DNA from: Clostridia bacterium
GTDB taxonomy: Bacteria; Bacillota; Clostridia; Oscillospirales; CAG-272
NCBI GenBank assembly: GCA_017621475.1
Contig: JAGATA010000020.1
Span: 10,948-74,947 of the forward strand
Direction of reading: 5' to 3'
Length of the DNA stretch: 64,000 nt
Shown here: one piece after another, positions 10,231 through 20,062 of the stretch
Layout of the letters: each line of letters starts with the position of its first letter
How positions within the stretch are numbered: position 1 is the first letter of the stretch
Made by a program: the position numbers and the translations under genes
Notes under the pieces: generated by a model
What the model saw: only the letters and a program-made list of their open reading frames with translations
Told to the model about the DNA's origin: nothing
Databases searched by the model: none

Positions 10231-10247
10231 GATGATGGACTTTAAAT

Positions 10248-10763
10248 CTATTGATTGAATGACAGTATATCCGCTTCTATCCCGTTGCGGATTATTTTTA
10301 GCGGAAGGTGCGAGCCTGCATCTATATAAACGATCATATCCTCGTCTTCGTTTTGGCAGATAAAAACGGAAACTCCGCCAAGCTTTTCTTTCTTTATCTT
10401 CCAGGTTCCGGACACGGGTACTTGAAAGAGAGAGGAAAGCTTTACAATGTTCCAAAGCTCCTCTCCGCTATCGATCGGCACGTTAAGATCTCCCACTTTT
10501 ATGGAAATACCGCCGTTGCTTGCAACAAAAATGAAATTTCCAAGGCTCTTAGGCTCGTTAAATGAAAAAGAGATCGTATTTTCTTGCTTGCTTATTTCCG
10601 TTTTATATTTTACGCCGTTCAATGTGATAAACGCTGTGGTTTTAAAATCTTTGTTTTGATAATCTGTCAGTTTTTCCATATTTGTTCCTGCGGAGCAGGA
10701 TGAAAGTCCGAAAATCCAAAAAAGGATCATTATAAGGCACATCATACGCTTCAAATTTGCCAC
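10248..10763 (-). CDS. Lipoprotein (possibly LolA-fold/GerS-related)
   Basis: Lipobox LSSC; beta-rich, with VYID...LPLKI motif. Confidence 0.65.
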   Translation of the reverse strand: MANLKRMMCLIMILFWIFGLSSCSAGTNMEKLTDYQNKDFKTTAFITLNGVKYKTEISKQENTISFSFNEPKSLGNFIFVASNGGISIKVGDLNVPIDSGEELWNIVKLSSLFQVPVSGTWKIKKEKLGGVSVFICQNEDEDMIVYIDAGSHLPLKIIRNGIEADILSFNQ

Positions 10764-10934
10764 CTCCGAAAATTGATAGTTAATTATATTATTTAAATTT
10801 AAGTTTTATGAATTGTTAAGCTTTTATGAAGTTCGTTGTAAAATTCATATATCTATGGTAAAATATATAAAGACGGAATGAATAACTAAAGAATATATTG
10901 ATAAACATAAGAAAAAAGAAAAGGAGATAATATT

Positions 10935-11858
10935 GTGACACTCGTTGTTATGGCTGCAGGTATGGGCAGCCGATTCGGAGGATTAAAACAGCTCACCCCC
11001 CTTACTGATGATAATGAATTTATTATCGATTTTACGGTTTACGACGCTATCAGCGCGGGATTTGATAAGATCATTTTTATTATAAAGGAAGAAAACCTTG
11101 AACTTTTTGAACAGACCATAGGAAAGCGTGTGAGAAAAAGCGGTATTGAGGTTGGCTATGCTTTCCAAAAGCAGGAGCTTGACGGCTGCTACGACGTTCC
11201 CGAAACGCGCAAAAAGCCGTGGGGAACGACGCACGCCATCCTTTCGCTCGGAAAAATGGAGGAAAACTTCGGTGTGCTCAACGCGGATGATTTCTACGGT
11301 TACGATACGCTCAAAAAGTTACACGACTTTTTGGAAACGGCGGAGGACGGAAGGACCGCACATTACTGCATGATCGGCTACAAAATAGAAAATACGCTCA
11401 GCGATCACGGCACGGTAAGCCGCGGAATCTGCCGCGTGAACGAGCGCGGTATGCTTGATTTTATAGAGGAAAATAAGCGCGTGGAGCGCCTTTCCTCCGG
11501 CAAGATAATAAATACCTACCCTGACGGAAGTGTGGCTCACATCCCCGAAAATTCAACAGTATCTATGAACTGCTTCGGATTTACGCCGTCCGTGCTAAAA
11601 TATATGAAGCCGCTGTTTGAAGAGTTTTTGGAGCAGAATAAGGGAGACCTTTCTTCCTGCGAGCTCCTTGTTCCGACAACGGTAAAAATGCTCATAGACA
11701 GCGGTAAATGCGACGTAAAGGTAATACCAACGGGCTCCGTTTGGAAGGGCGTGACTTATATCGAGGACAGCGAGCCTTTTCGCCAGTTTATCCGCGAGGA
11801 AAAGACGGCAGGAAACTACCCCAAGGACCTTTGGGCAAAGGAAAAAGTTTGTGTATAA
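10935..11858 (+). CDS. Sugar-phosphate nucleotidyltransferase family protein
   Basis: MAAGMGSRFGGLKQ, KPWGT.HA, NADDFYG. Confidence 0.88.
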   Translation: MTLVVMAAGMGSRFGGLKQLTPLTDDNEFIIDFTVYDAISAGFDKIIFIIKEENLELFEQTIGKRVRKSGIEVGYAFQKQELDGCYDVPETRKKPWGTTHAILSLGKMEENFGVLNADDFYGYDTLKKLHDFLETAEDGRTAHYCMIGYKIENTLSDHGTVSRGICRVNERGMLDFIEENKRVERLSSGKIINTYPDGSVAHIPENSTVSMNCFGFTPSVLKYMKPLFEEFLEQNKGDLSSCELLVPTTVKMLIDSGKCDVKVIPTGSVWKGVTYIEDSEPFRQFIREEKTAGNYPKDLWAKEKVCV

Positions 11859-11950
11859 ACAACGGAAAACTCCCACTTTTTTGTGGGAGTTTTTGCTTGA
11901 TACGGGTATTAAATTATGTTAAATTTAAATAAAAAATAAAGGAGATTTTT

Positions 11951-12256
11951 GTGGAAAAGATTTTGGCTATTTTTATGGCGTTTGCTTGCATATTTGCAGC
12001 TTGCTCCTGCGCTCTTATGCCGAGCGGGGAACCCAAGGTTTACATAACGACCTCTTTTACAGTTGTTAACGACGACGGTTCTAAAGTGGTAAAGGAATTT
12101 GACGAGGTTGGTGCAGAGCAGAGAACTCCCTAAGGCGCAGACGGTGCTTTTGCATCTTGGTCTGAACATGTATATGATGAAAACGGTAAGCACATTAAAT
12201 ATATTATCTATAAACCCGACGGTACTGTAGAATATGAACTTAGTTTAATAAACTAA
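11951..12256 (+). pseudogene. Lipoprotein remnant with in-frame stop
   Basis: Signal peptide with Cys; TAA at 12131-12133, then the frame continues GADG..YDENGKHIKYIIYKPDGTVEY to a stop at 12256. Confidence 0.6.
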
Positions 12257-12290
12257 AACATCACGCCTTTCGGCGTGATGTTTTTTGTGC

Positions 12291-13949
12291 TTATGTATTT
12301 ACGTTTGCGGGAGGGAAGGATTTGTAGCCTGTAGGAGGGGTTACGGTAACATCTTCTCCGCGAGCGGTAAAGTTATAAAGATCGGTTATTGACATATTTA
12401 TATTCATCTCTACACCGTCTTTTTCCGTTGTTCCCTCAATGGTGTAAGTAACTTCATAATAGTCTATGTATCCGTTTTCCGCAAGGAAAACTCTTATTTG
12501 GGGAGAAGTTATTACCATATCTTCAATTCCCAGATCTAAAAGACCTAAAAATTCGATTACATATCCGCCGAAATGCAATCGGAAATATGTTTCGTCAAGA
12601 GTAAATTGGAGGCAAGTTCTATTGCCCTGGGCGGGTGCAACGGTAAATTCTGCTGCGCCATCTTTCGTAATCGGCAAAATAGCATTTTTAAGAGAATCTT
12701 TTATAATACCTACATTTATTTCGTCACCGACTTGGTTTTGCGAGATCTTTACTGTTTGATTTCCGGATCTTATGTAATAGTAGCCGTTTTCATAATAAAT
12801 ATCGGAAACAGATAATTGCTCAAATACTTCAACAGCAGTTGATTGCCTGAACACGGGAGATGCGGAGTTTTCTCCTTTAACTGCCATATCGGATCTATAT
12901 GTTACAGATGTTGAAATACCGGAGATATACATATCCACTTTGCCGTATTCACTTACACTGTAATCTTCAAGTGAAAGTGTTTTATCTACGGCGTCTGCAA
13001 GAATATTGAAGAAAATATCTTCTTCGGAGTAGAGAGGGAAGCTTTCGTATCCTTCGGGAATATCGAGTGTTACCTCTTTATCACGGAAGAAGCTTACGCT
13101 GTAAACATAGGCTATTTTTGTAACATCGGAAACACCGCCCGTAGCTTTCATATAAGAAAACGTGATGGACGGGGTATAAGATTTCATATACCCGTCACGG
13201 TCTATGGCAATATCCACCTTTGCGGAGGTGATTATTCTTTGGGAGGATTCAAATTTTTCGATGTTTTCCAAGACATAGTTTTCCTCTACGTCATCCAATA
13301 TATCGTCAAAAAGGGAAAGTGCATCTTCTTTTGTAAGTTCTACTGTGATATAGATAGTTTTTTCATCTTCTCTTATTTCGGAAATTGCTCTTTCCGGTAC
13401 GGATTTTATCATTGACGAAATGCTGCTTACGGCGTTAAAGCTTTCATCCGTTTCTTTTGAATGCTCGTATTTGGTTTTAAGACCCGATGATGAGACATAG
13501 TAAAATCCATCTTTGGAATATACCGTTCTTGTTTCTTCTCTTTTTGTATCGTTAGTTTCAACGACTTTTTTATTGGACATTGAAGATTCATTTTTTGAAG
13601 CGATATTGAACATATTTTCTACTGTAGAAATAAGATAATCATCGCTTTTATTATTTCGAATATTAACTTCTTGGAATATTTCTGCGCAGTAGGATTTTTG
13701 GTTTACGGATTTATTTTTTGCGTTTGTGATAAGGAAAGCCGCACCGCCTTTTGTGGAAGGTTTTTTAATACCGGGATAGGTCGTAACAACCGTTGTAGCT
13801 TCGGTCGTTTCAGTTGTGGCTTCCGTTGTGGTCTGTGTGGTAATGGTGGTTTCGGGGGACTCTGTTGTTTCGCTTTTTTTATCTTTGGCGCACGCGGCGA
13901 CAGATATAATAAGCGAAATGGTTAAAAAGAGAGAAATGATTTTTTTCAT
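12291..13949 (-). CDS. Large lipoprotein with tandem duplicated domain (DUF6612/LppX-like)
   Basis: Lipobox VAAC, T-rich stalk; repeats YSKDGFYY/YYENGYYY and IPEGYESFP/PPTGYKSFP. Confidence 0.75.
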   Translation of the reverse strand: MKKIISLFLTISLIISVAACAKDKKSETTESPETTITTQTTTEATTETTEATTVVTTYPGIKKPSTKGGAAFLITNAKNKSVNQKSYCAEIFQEVNIRNNKSDDYLISTVENMFNIASKNESSMSNKKVVETNDTKREETRTVYSKDGFYYVSSSGLKTKYEHSKETDESFNAVSSISSMIKSVPERAISEIREDEKTIYITVELTKEDALSLFDDILDDVEENYVLENIEKFESSQRIITSAKVDIAIDRDGYMKSYTPSITFSYMKATGGVSDVTKIAYVYSVSFFRDKEVTLDIPEGYESFPLYSEEDIFFNILADAVDKTLSLEDYSVSEYGKVDMYISGISTSVTYRSDMAVKGENSASPVFRQSTAVEVFEQLSVSDIYYENGYYYIRSGNQTVKISQNQVGDEINVGIIKDSLKNAILPITKDGAAEFTVAPAQGNRTCLQFTLDETYFRLHFGGYVIEFLGLLDLGIEDMVITSPQIRVFLAENGYIDYYEVTYTIEGTTEKDGVEMNINMSITDLYNFTARGEDVTVTPPTGYKSFPPANVNT

Positions 13950-14003
13950 AATGCTTACCTCTGAGCTAAAATAGGTGAGATATTTCCTCATCTATTTTAA
14001 ATA

Positions 14004-14939
14004 TTATTCTGTGGACGTATCTGTGGAGATAAATTCTTTTACGCTTGTTGCAAGACCTGCAAGAGATTGAATTTCGCTGGGGATAATGATCTTTGTTGCT
14101 TTGCCGTTTGCCGCTTTTTCAAACGCTTCAAGGCTCTTGATTGCGATAACAGCTTCGGAGGGGTTGGCTTCATTGATGAGTCTGATACCTTCCGCTGTAG
14201 CTTTCTGAACCTGAAGGATAGCTTCCGCTTCACCCTCTGCACGGCGGATACGGGCTTCTTTTTCGGCCTCTGCAAGGAGTATCTGTTCCTGCTTCTGCGC
14301 TTCCGCATTGAGGATCATAGACTGTTTTTTGCCCTCTGCCGTGAGGATGTCTGCCGCTTTTGTACCCTCTGCGATGAGGATCTTTTCGCGGCGTTCGCGT
14401 TCTGCCTTCATCTGTTTTTCCATCGCATCCTGAATTTCCTTGGGCGGGATGATGTTTTTAAGCTCTACGCGGTTTACCTTGATGCCCCAAGGGTCCGTTG
14501 CTTCGTCAAGCGTTGTACGCATACGCGCATTGATAAGGTCGCGGGAGGTAAGTGTGTTGTCAAGCTCAAGCTCGCCGATGATGTTACGAAGTGTTGTTGC
14601 GGTGAGGTTTTCAATAGCCATTCTGGGTTTTTCCACACCGTATGTGTAAAGCTTGCAGTCCGTTATCTGATAGAAAACTACTGTGTCGATACGCATTTTT
14701 ACGTTGTCTTTTGTGATAACATCCTGTGGATCGAAGTCCGCTATTTTTTCCATAAGAGAGATCTTGCTTCTTATTCTGTCGAAGAAAGGAATCTTAAAGT
14801 GAAGACCGGTGTGCCAGGTCGTGTGGTACGTGCCAAGGCGTTCAATGATGAATGCCTGCGCCTGCGGTACGATACAGATGTTCGATATTGCAAGTATGAT
14901 AACAACGAGCAATATGATGCCGAGAATGATCCAAAACAT
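14004..14939 (-). CDS. SPFH/band 7 (QmcA-like) protein
   Basis: VPQ..A..IERLG, QDVITKDN, AMEKQMKAERERR. Confidence 0.92.
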   Translation of the reverse strand: MFWIILGIILLVVIILAISNICIVPQAQAFIIERLGTYHTTWHTGLHFKIPFFDRIRSKISLMEKIADFDPQDVITKDNVKMRIDTVVFYQITDCKLYTYGVEKPRMAIENLTATTLRNIIGELELDNTLTSRDLINARMRTTLDEATDPWGIKVNRVELKNIIPPKEIQDAMEKQMKAERERREKILIAEGTKAADILTAEGKKQSMILNAEAQKQEQILLAEAEKEARIRRAEGEAEAILQVQKATAEGIRLINEANPSEAVIAIKSLEAFEKAANGKATKIIIPSEIQSLAGLATSVKEFISTDTSTE

Positions 14940-14960
14940 AGTGAGTGTCCTCCTGTATAT

Positions 14961-15419
14961 TTATTTTTTATTTTCTTCTTTGTTTATTTTGCGGCAGATG
15001 ATCTTTACGCCCTGGATGGAGATAACGCTGACGATCTCTCCGACCTCGAGGTTTTCTCCGTCTGCGCTGCGAGCGCTCCATATCTGTCCGCGGACTTTTG
15101 CAAGCCCTTTGTTTTCGATATTGCAAACACGCTCCGTGATGATGGCTTGTTCACCGATAACGGCATCTGCGTTTGTGGGGGTGGGATCTTTTTTGAGAAG
15201 TGTGTTCTTGAATATTATGCGCGAAAATATAATAAAAATTACGGCGCAAACCAAGAAAACTATTATCTGCAAAGCGATGGGAAGCTTGCAGAAAGCAAGT
15301 ATCATAGCAATCAGCGCGGGCGGCACGAACCAGATGGCAACGAGCGAGGATGTTAAAGCTTCCACCAGAACCGAAAATACTATGACCGCTATCCAGATAT
15401 ACGGCATAATTTGTTCCAT
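14961..15419 (-). CDS. NfeD family protein
   Basis: N-terminal TMs and OB-fold G.AKV.GQIWSARS; adjacent to SPFH. Confidence 0.9.
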   Translation of the reverse strand: MEQIMPYIWIAVIVFSVLVEALTSSLVAIWFVPPALIAMILAFCKLPIALQIIVFLVCAVIFIIFSRIIFKNTLLKKDPTPTNADAVIGEQAIITERVCNIENKGLAKVRGQIWSARSADGENLEVGEIVSVISIQGVKIICRKINKEENKK

Positions 15420-15535
15420 AAAAACCTCCTTGGTATATGATAGTTTAATAATATCATATTTCCTTAAATTTGTAAATAGTGAGTTTATGTAAGGATAAAA
15501 ATGTCAAAAAATCTTCTATGAATTAAAAGAATATA

Positions 15536-15588
15536 ATTATACCAATATGGGATATTTATATTATACCGTTTTGGTATAATGTTGTCAA
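15536..15588. promoter_or_regulatory. Bidirectional promoter with palindromic operators
   Basis: attatacc-gtttt-ggtataat palindrome at 15560-15580; minus-strand TTGACA-17-TATAAT; second degenerate site at 15536-15556. Confidence 0.65.
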
Positions 15589-15610
15589 GAAAAATTTTCG
15601 AGGTATTTGT

Positions 15611-15817
15611 ATGCGGCTTTCTGAATTGCGGAAAAAGCGGGGAATATCGCAGCTGAAGTTGGCGATGGACTTGAATATGAATCAAAACAGCATAAGCCGT
15701 TACGAAAACGGTGAGCGCGAAGCGGATTATAAGACGCTTATAATGCTTGCGGATTATTTTGACGTATCCATAGATTATCTTCTTGGAAGAACGGACAAAC
15801 CGGAAATAAACAGATAA
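15611..15817 (+). CDS. XRE-family HTH regulator
   Basis: LSELRK..ISQ.KLA...ISRYE.GERE, LADYFDVS.DYLLGR. Confidence 0.9.
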   Translation: MRLSELRKKRGISQLKLAMDLNMNQNSISRYENGEREADYKTLIMLADYFDVSIDYLLGRTDKPEINR

Positions 15818-15950
15818 AAAGCCTATCCTTTCAGGATAACACGCAACGAATTGCCATTTACGCGGTAAAAACAAACAGAGCAAGAATAGAGGGATGTTCT
15901 CCTTTTACTCTTGCTCTTTCTGTTTTCGGGTAATCAAAATTTCGGAAAAC

Positions 15951-16814
15951 TCAGATGTTTTCTGCTTTTAACCCTGTCAATTTTTCGAACGTTTCAAGCT
16001 CGTATCCGGGAAAATATATTCCGAATTTTTGACCGTTGCGTTCAATCTCCAAAACGTGATACGGCTTAAAAAATATGTCCCCCGTGTTGGCTATCACGAT
16101 TTTATACGTCTTGAATTCGGGGCTTTTCGGGGGAAGCTCTTTATTCCAAGACGGTACGGAAATTTTTTTGTTTATTGTTTTTATTGATTTTAATTCTGAT
16201 TTTTTAAAGGAATAAACGCTTTCCACATCGGCAATATGAAGCTCGTCTTCATCCGCATATATTTTAAGATCGAGATTTATATACGGAGTTGTTTGAAGCG
16301 GCAACGCATACGGACGTACCTCTTCGTTTTTCACTTTATATCTGAAAAACAAAATATCCGTGGAAGGCGCATCTTGGGGAACTCCCAATTCGGTATAGTT
16401 ATTTTTGATGTTTTTATCTATGTTATCTATTTGTTGCTCCGCATCCTCTTCTTCCAAAACCTTTTTCTCTTTTTTCTTTGATATAATTTGAAGGATTAGC
16501 CAAATAACACCGCAAGAAAGTCCGCTTAAGGTGAGAATTGGCGCGTTTTCGAATATTATTTTGCTCAATTCGTTTTCGTCAAGCTCTCTTACTATACTTG
16601 TTATCACTATTAACGCAAATATACCGCATATATATTTTACGATGTTCAGCCATACGGGAAAACGGCTCTTTTCCAACGTCTGTTCAAGCCCTTCCTTCTT
16701 GTCTTCCAAAGCTTCCGAATGCTGCTTTGAAACGGTTTTTGTGATGAATTCCGTACCGTTTAGTATTTCGCTTCTTTTGTCTTTTGTGACGTCAATTCCA
16801 AAAACGGGTTTCAT
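15951..16814 (-). CDS. Hypothetical membrane protein (two TMs)
   Basis: Start MKPVFG after AAGGAG; two hydrophobic segments; AT-richer than flanks. Confidence 0.7.
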   Translation of the reverse strand: MKPVFGIDVTKDKRSEILNGTEFITKTVSKQHSEALEDKKEGLEQTLEKSRFPVWLNIVKYICGIFALIVITSIVRELDENELSKIIFENAPILTLSGLSCGVIWLILQIISKKKEKKVLEEEDAEQQIDNIDKNIKNNYTELGVPQDAPSTDILFFRYKVKNEEVRPYALPLQTTPYINLDLKIYADEDELHIADVESVYSFKKSELKSIKTINKKISVPSWNKELPPKSPEFKTYKIVIANTGDIFFKPYHVLEIERNGQKFGIYFPGYELETFEKLTGLKAENI

Positions 16815-16843
16815 ATACTTTCTCCTTAATATCAAAGTGATTT

Positions 16844-17689
16844 TTATTTCTGTTTTTTTGCCGCTGTGAGCGTATTTTTGAGGAGCATTGTTATAGTCAT
16901 GGGACCAACACCGCCGGGAACGGGGGTGATAAAGCTTGCCTTGGGCTCAACGGAGGCATAGTCAACGTCACCGGTGAGCTTGCCGTCTGCTCGGCGGTTC
17001 ATACCAACGTCGATAACAACAGCGCCTTCTTTAACCATATCACCTGTTACAAAATCTGCGCGTCCGATTGCGACAACGAGGATATCTGCGCGACGTGTCA
17101 CCTCTGCGAGGTTCTTTGTCTTGGAATGGCAGATAGTTACCGTGCCGTTTTCAGCCAAGAGGAGCTGAGAAATGGGCTTTCCTACGATATTGCTTCTGCC
17201 GATAACGACACATTCCTTGCCTGCAACTTCAATACCGCTTCTTGCAAGGAGCTGCATAATACCTGCAGGTGTGCAGGGGAGGAAGTCTGCCGTGCCAAGC
17301 ATCATTTCGCCGATGTTGGGGGCGCAGAATGCGTCAACGTCCTTGGAGGGGGAAATAGCGGCAATAACTGCTCTCTCGTCGATCTGCTTGGGCAAGGGAA
17401 GCTGAACGAGTATTCCATGTATATCGCATCTTGCGTTGAGCTCGTCTATCTTGGAGAGGAGCTCTGCCTGCGTTGTTTCCTCTGCCATTTCGATGATCTC
17501 GGAGTACATACCAACCTCTGCGCAACCTTTGCCTTTATTGCGTACATAAACCTTGGAAGCTGGGTTTTCGCCTACGATGATTACCGCAAGACCGGGAACT
17601 GTACCTTCCGCTTTCATCTGTGCCACTTCCGCTGCGATCTCTTCGCGGATCTGCGCGGATATTTTTTTTCCGTCAATTATCTGTGCCAT
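16844..17689 (-). CDS. folD: Methylenetetrahydrofolate dehydrogenase/cyclohydrolase
   Basis: GILVQLPLP, KDVD, PCTP, GRSNIVGKP, PVPGGVGPMT. Confidence 0.97.
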   Translation of the reverse strand: MAQIIDGKKISAQIREEIAAEVAQMKAEGTVPGLAVIIVGENPASKVYVRNKGKGCAEVGMYSEIIEMAEETTQAELLSKIDELNARCDIHGILVQLPLPKQIDERAVIAAISPSKDVDAFCAPNIGEMMLGTADFLPCTPAGIMQLLARSGIEVAGKECVVIGRSNIVGKPISQLLLAENGTVTICHSKTKNLAEVTRRADILVVAIGRADFVTGDMVKEGAVVIDVGMNRRADGKLTGDVDYASVEPKASFITPVPGGVGPMTITMLLKNTLTAAKKQK

Positions 17690-18773
17690 TGTCTTTTACC
17701 TCTGTTTCTTCTGTGTTAAAAATATTTTCTTTGTTTTCTTCTGCCGTTTCGGCAGATTCTTGCATTTCAGCTTCGGTTTCAGTTTCAGTTTCAACTTCAA
17801 CTTCTTCCGAAGAGTTTTTGTCTTTTTGTGCGGCTTCTATTCCGTCGGTGCTTATCATAGAAGTAAGGAATTCCATCATTTCTTCGCGGCTTTTTTCCTC
17901 TGCCTTTTTAAGACCGAATACCAAGCCGAAATCTGCTATAGCATCTTTTTCCCAAATGCCTTCCTTGCAAAGCTTTGCGTGTCTTACTCTGCCTATGATG
18001 ATGACCGGGAGCGCCAACACAAAGCAAACAAGACCGAGCAGCGCGGAAACGCGGATGTTTGTGTTTCCGAGATAGAGCGAGTCTGTGCGCAGGTTTTCGA
18101 TGAAAAATCTGCCAAGTCCGTACCAAGCAAAATACCAAAGCATAACTTCGCCGCGGAATTTTCTCTTTTTATAAAATACGTTGATAAGAGCAAAGCCGAG
18201 CAAGTTCCAAAGGGATTCGTAAAGGAACGTGGGGTGAACGTCTATCGTTTGGTAATCCGTAAGGTGGTTGCAAAGACGCATACGCCAAGGGAGCGTTGTT
18301 ACACCGCCGAAGGCTTCGCCGTTCATAAAATTGCCCCATCTGCCTATAAGCTGACCGAGCATTACACCGGGCATAAGCGCATCCGCTATGGTGAAGAAGT
18401 TGATCTTTTTGAATTTGGACACAAGGAAAACTGCAAGCGCACCGCCGATGATACCGCCGTATATGGCAATGCCGCCGTTCCAAACCGCGATAATATCATA
18501 GAGCGTATCGTAACCCTCGGGGTTAAAAATGATATAGTAAAGGCGCGCGCCGACTATCGCCGTTGGAACTGTGATGAGCGCGTAATCGAGGAGCGTATCG
18601 AAGATGATGCCCTCTTTCATTGCGCGCCAGCAGAAATAGGAGAAAGCAAGTATAATTCCAAGGCAGATTATCATACCGTACCAGGTAACTTTTATATCGC
18701 CTATTTTGAAAGCTGTGCGGCTTATTTCAAATTCTCCGATGCCAAGACCGGGGAAGGATATTATGGATTTCAT
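17673..18773 (-). CDS. lgt: Prolipoprotein diacylglyceryl transferase with acidic tail
   Basis: WYG, GARLYY, GRWGNF, HPTFLYES. Confidence 0.95.
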   Translation of the reverse strand: MKSIISFPGLGIGEFEISRTAFKIGDIKVTWYGMIICLGIILAFSYFCWRAMKEGIIFDTLLDYALITVPTAIVGARLYYIIFNPEGYDTLYDIIAVWNGGIAIYGGIIGGALAVFLVSKFKKINFFTIADALMPGVMLGQLIGRWGNFMNGEAFGGVTTLPWRMRLCNHLTDYQTIDVHPTFLYESLWNLLGFALINVFYKKRKFRGEVMLWYFAWYGLGRFFIENLRTDSLYLGNTNIRVSALLGLVCFVLALPVIIIGRVRHAKLCKEGIWEKDAIADFGLVFGLKKAEEKSREEMMEFLTSMISTDGIEAAQKDKNSSEEVEVETETETEAEMQESAETAEENKENIFNTEETEVKDNGTDN

Positions 18774-20062
18774 TGTTCATCCTCCTTTTCAAGGGGGTAG
18801 ACTACGCTTGTTGCGTAATATTTTTCATCGAAGAGCTCGCGCACGAGCGAGTTTGCTTCTTCTACGGTAACTTCCGCCATAATATCGCCTATTTCAAACC
18901 AGTTGCTGTCCTTTATAAGGGACATAGCGAAGGTTTCTGCAATATTTGCGCTTTCAAAGCTGCGTATATATTCCGCGTATTTTGCGCGGCGGGAGTTTTC
19001 GAAGGATTCGGGATCGATGCCGTTTTTCTTTACGTCCTCCATATAGGAGATAAATTTCTGTGTTGCCGCATCAATATCGTCCGTTTCCCCACCGAAGATA
19101 AAGTGTGCGCTTATCTTGCCTGCGGAATATCCTGCTTCCATCTCGTCGATAAGAGCGCTTTCGTAAACGTCAACCGCGAATTCGGAAGCATCGCCAAAGA
19201 GCGCGTCCGTTGCAAGCTGGAGTGTTATGGTGCGCTTCATCTTATCGCGCGCGTCAATAGGCTTATAAATATCCTTGACGCCCATAAGGAACATCGGCTT
19301 TGAAACCTCGAAATTTGCGCTTACGAATTTGTTGGCGACCTCGCGTCCTTCCTCATTATAGGAACGAACGATATTTTTTACTTCCTGCATGGGAAGCACC
19401 TTGTCTGCAACGGCAAGTATCTGCTCCATCGTTACGTTGCCCGCAACGCAAAGGAACATATTTGAAAGGTTGTAGAACACCTCGTAGCATTTGTAAAGCG
19501 TGTCCGCTGTTATCTCTGAAATGGATTCTACGGTGCCTGCAACGTCGATATTTATTTGAGAATCTTTATAAAGTGCGCGGATGAGGTTCATATATACTGC
19601 GAAATCGGGGTAATCCTCTCTGCCGCGTATCTCCTGACCTATGATACCCTGTTCCTTTGCCACGTTTTCGGGTGTGAAATAAGGGTGTGTAACGTAATCA
19701 AAGAGAATTCCTAGGTTTTCGGAGAAGTTTTCCGTGCATTTGAAGAGGTAAGCCGTCACTTCCGTAGAGGTAAAAGCATTTGCGCTTGCGCCGTACTTTG
19801 CAAAGCGAGAGAACGTGTCAACTCCGTCTTCGTTTTCAAACATCTTATGCTCAAGGTAGTGCGCAATACCATCGGGAACGCGGGTAAACTCTGCATCTCC
19901 CTCAAGTTTAAAGCAGTTGTCAATCGCGCCGTAGCGTGTGCAGAAAAGCGCATAAGAGGTAGAGATCTCCTTGGGGATAAGGTAGATATCAAGCCCGCTT
20001 TTGTGCTTGGTATAGTAATATTTTTCGCCGATGAGGGCGTTTTCTTTTGTCAATACGTCCAT
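18770..20062 (-). CDS. M16 peptidase, YmfH-like (active subunit)
   Basis: PDGIAHYLEHKMF (HxxEH), ANAFTS, KEQGIIGQEI. Confidence 0.9.
   Translation of the reverse strand: MDVLTKENALIGEKYYYTKHKSGLDIYLIPKEISTSYALFCTRYGAIDNCFKLEGDAEFTRVPDGIAHYLEHKMFENEDGVDTFSRFAKYGASANAFTSTEVTAYLFKCTENFSENLGILFDYVTHPYFTPENVAKEQGIIGQEIRGREDYPDFAVYMNLIRALYKDSQINIDVAGTVESISEITADTLYKCYEVFYNLSNMFLCVAGNVTMEQILAVADKVLPMQEVKNIVRSYNEEGREVANKFVSANFEVSKPMFLMGVKDIYKPIDARDKMKRTITLQLATDALFGDASEFAVDVYESALIDEMEAGYSAGKISAHFIFGGETDDIDAATQKFISYMEDVKKNGIDPESFENSRRAKYAEYIRSFESANIAETFAMSLIKDSNWFEIGDIMAEVTVEEANSLVRELFDEKYYATSVVYPLEKEDEQ

Noticed and set aside
15918-16860. aaaacagaaa shared by the folD end and the terminator after the downstream gene (possible insertion duplication)
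   Set aside because: Only 10 bp and A-rich; not significant
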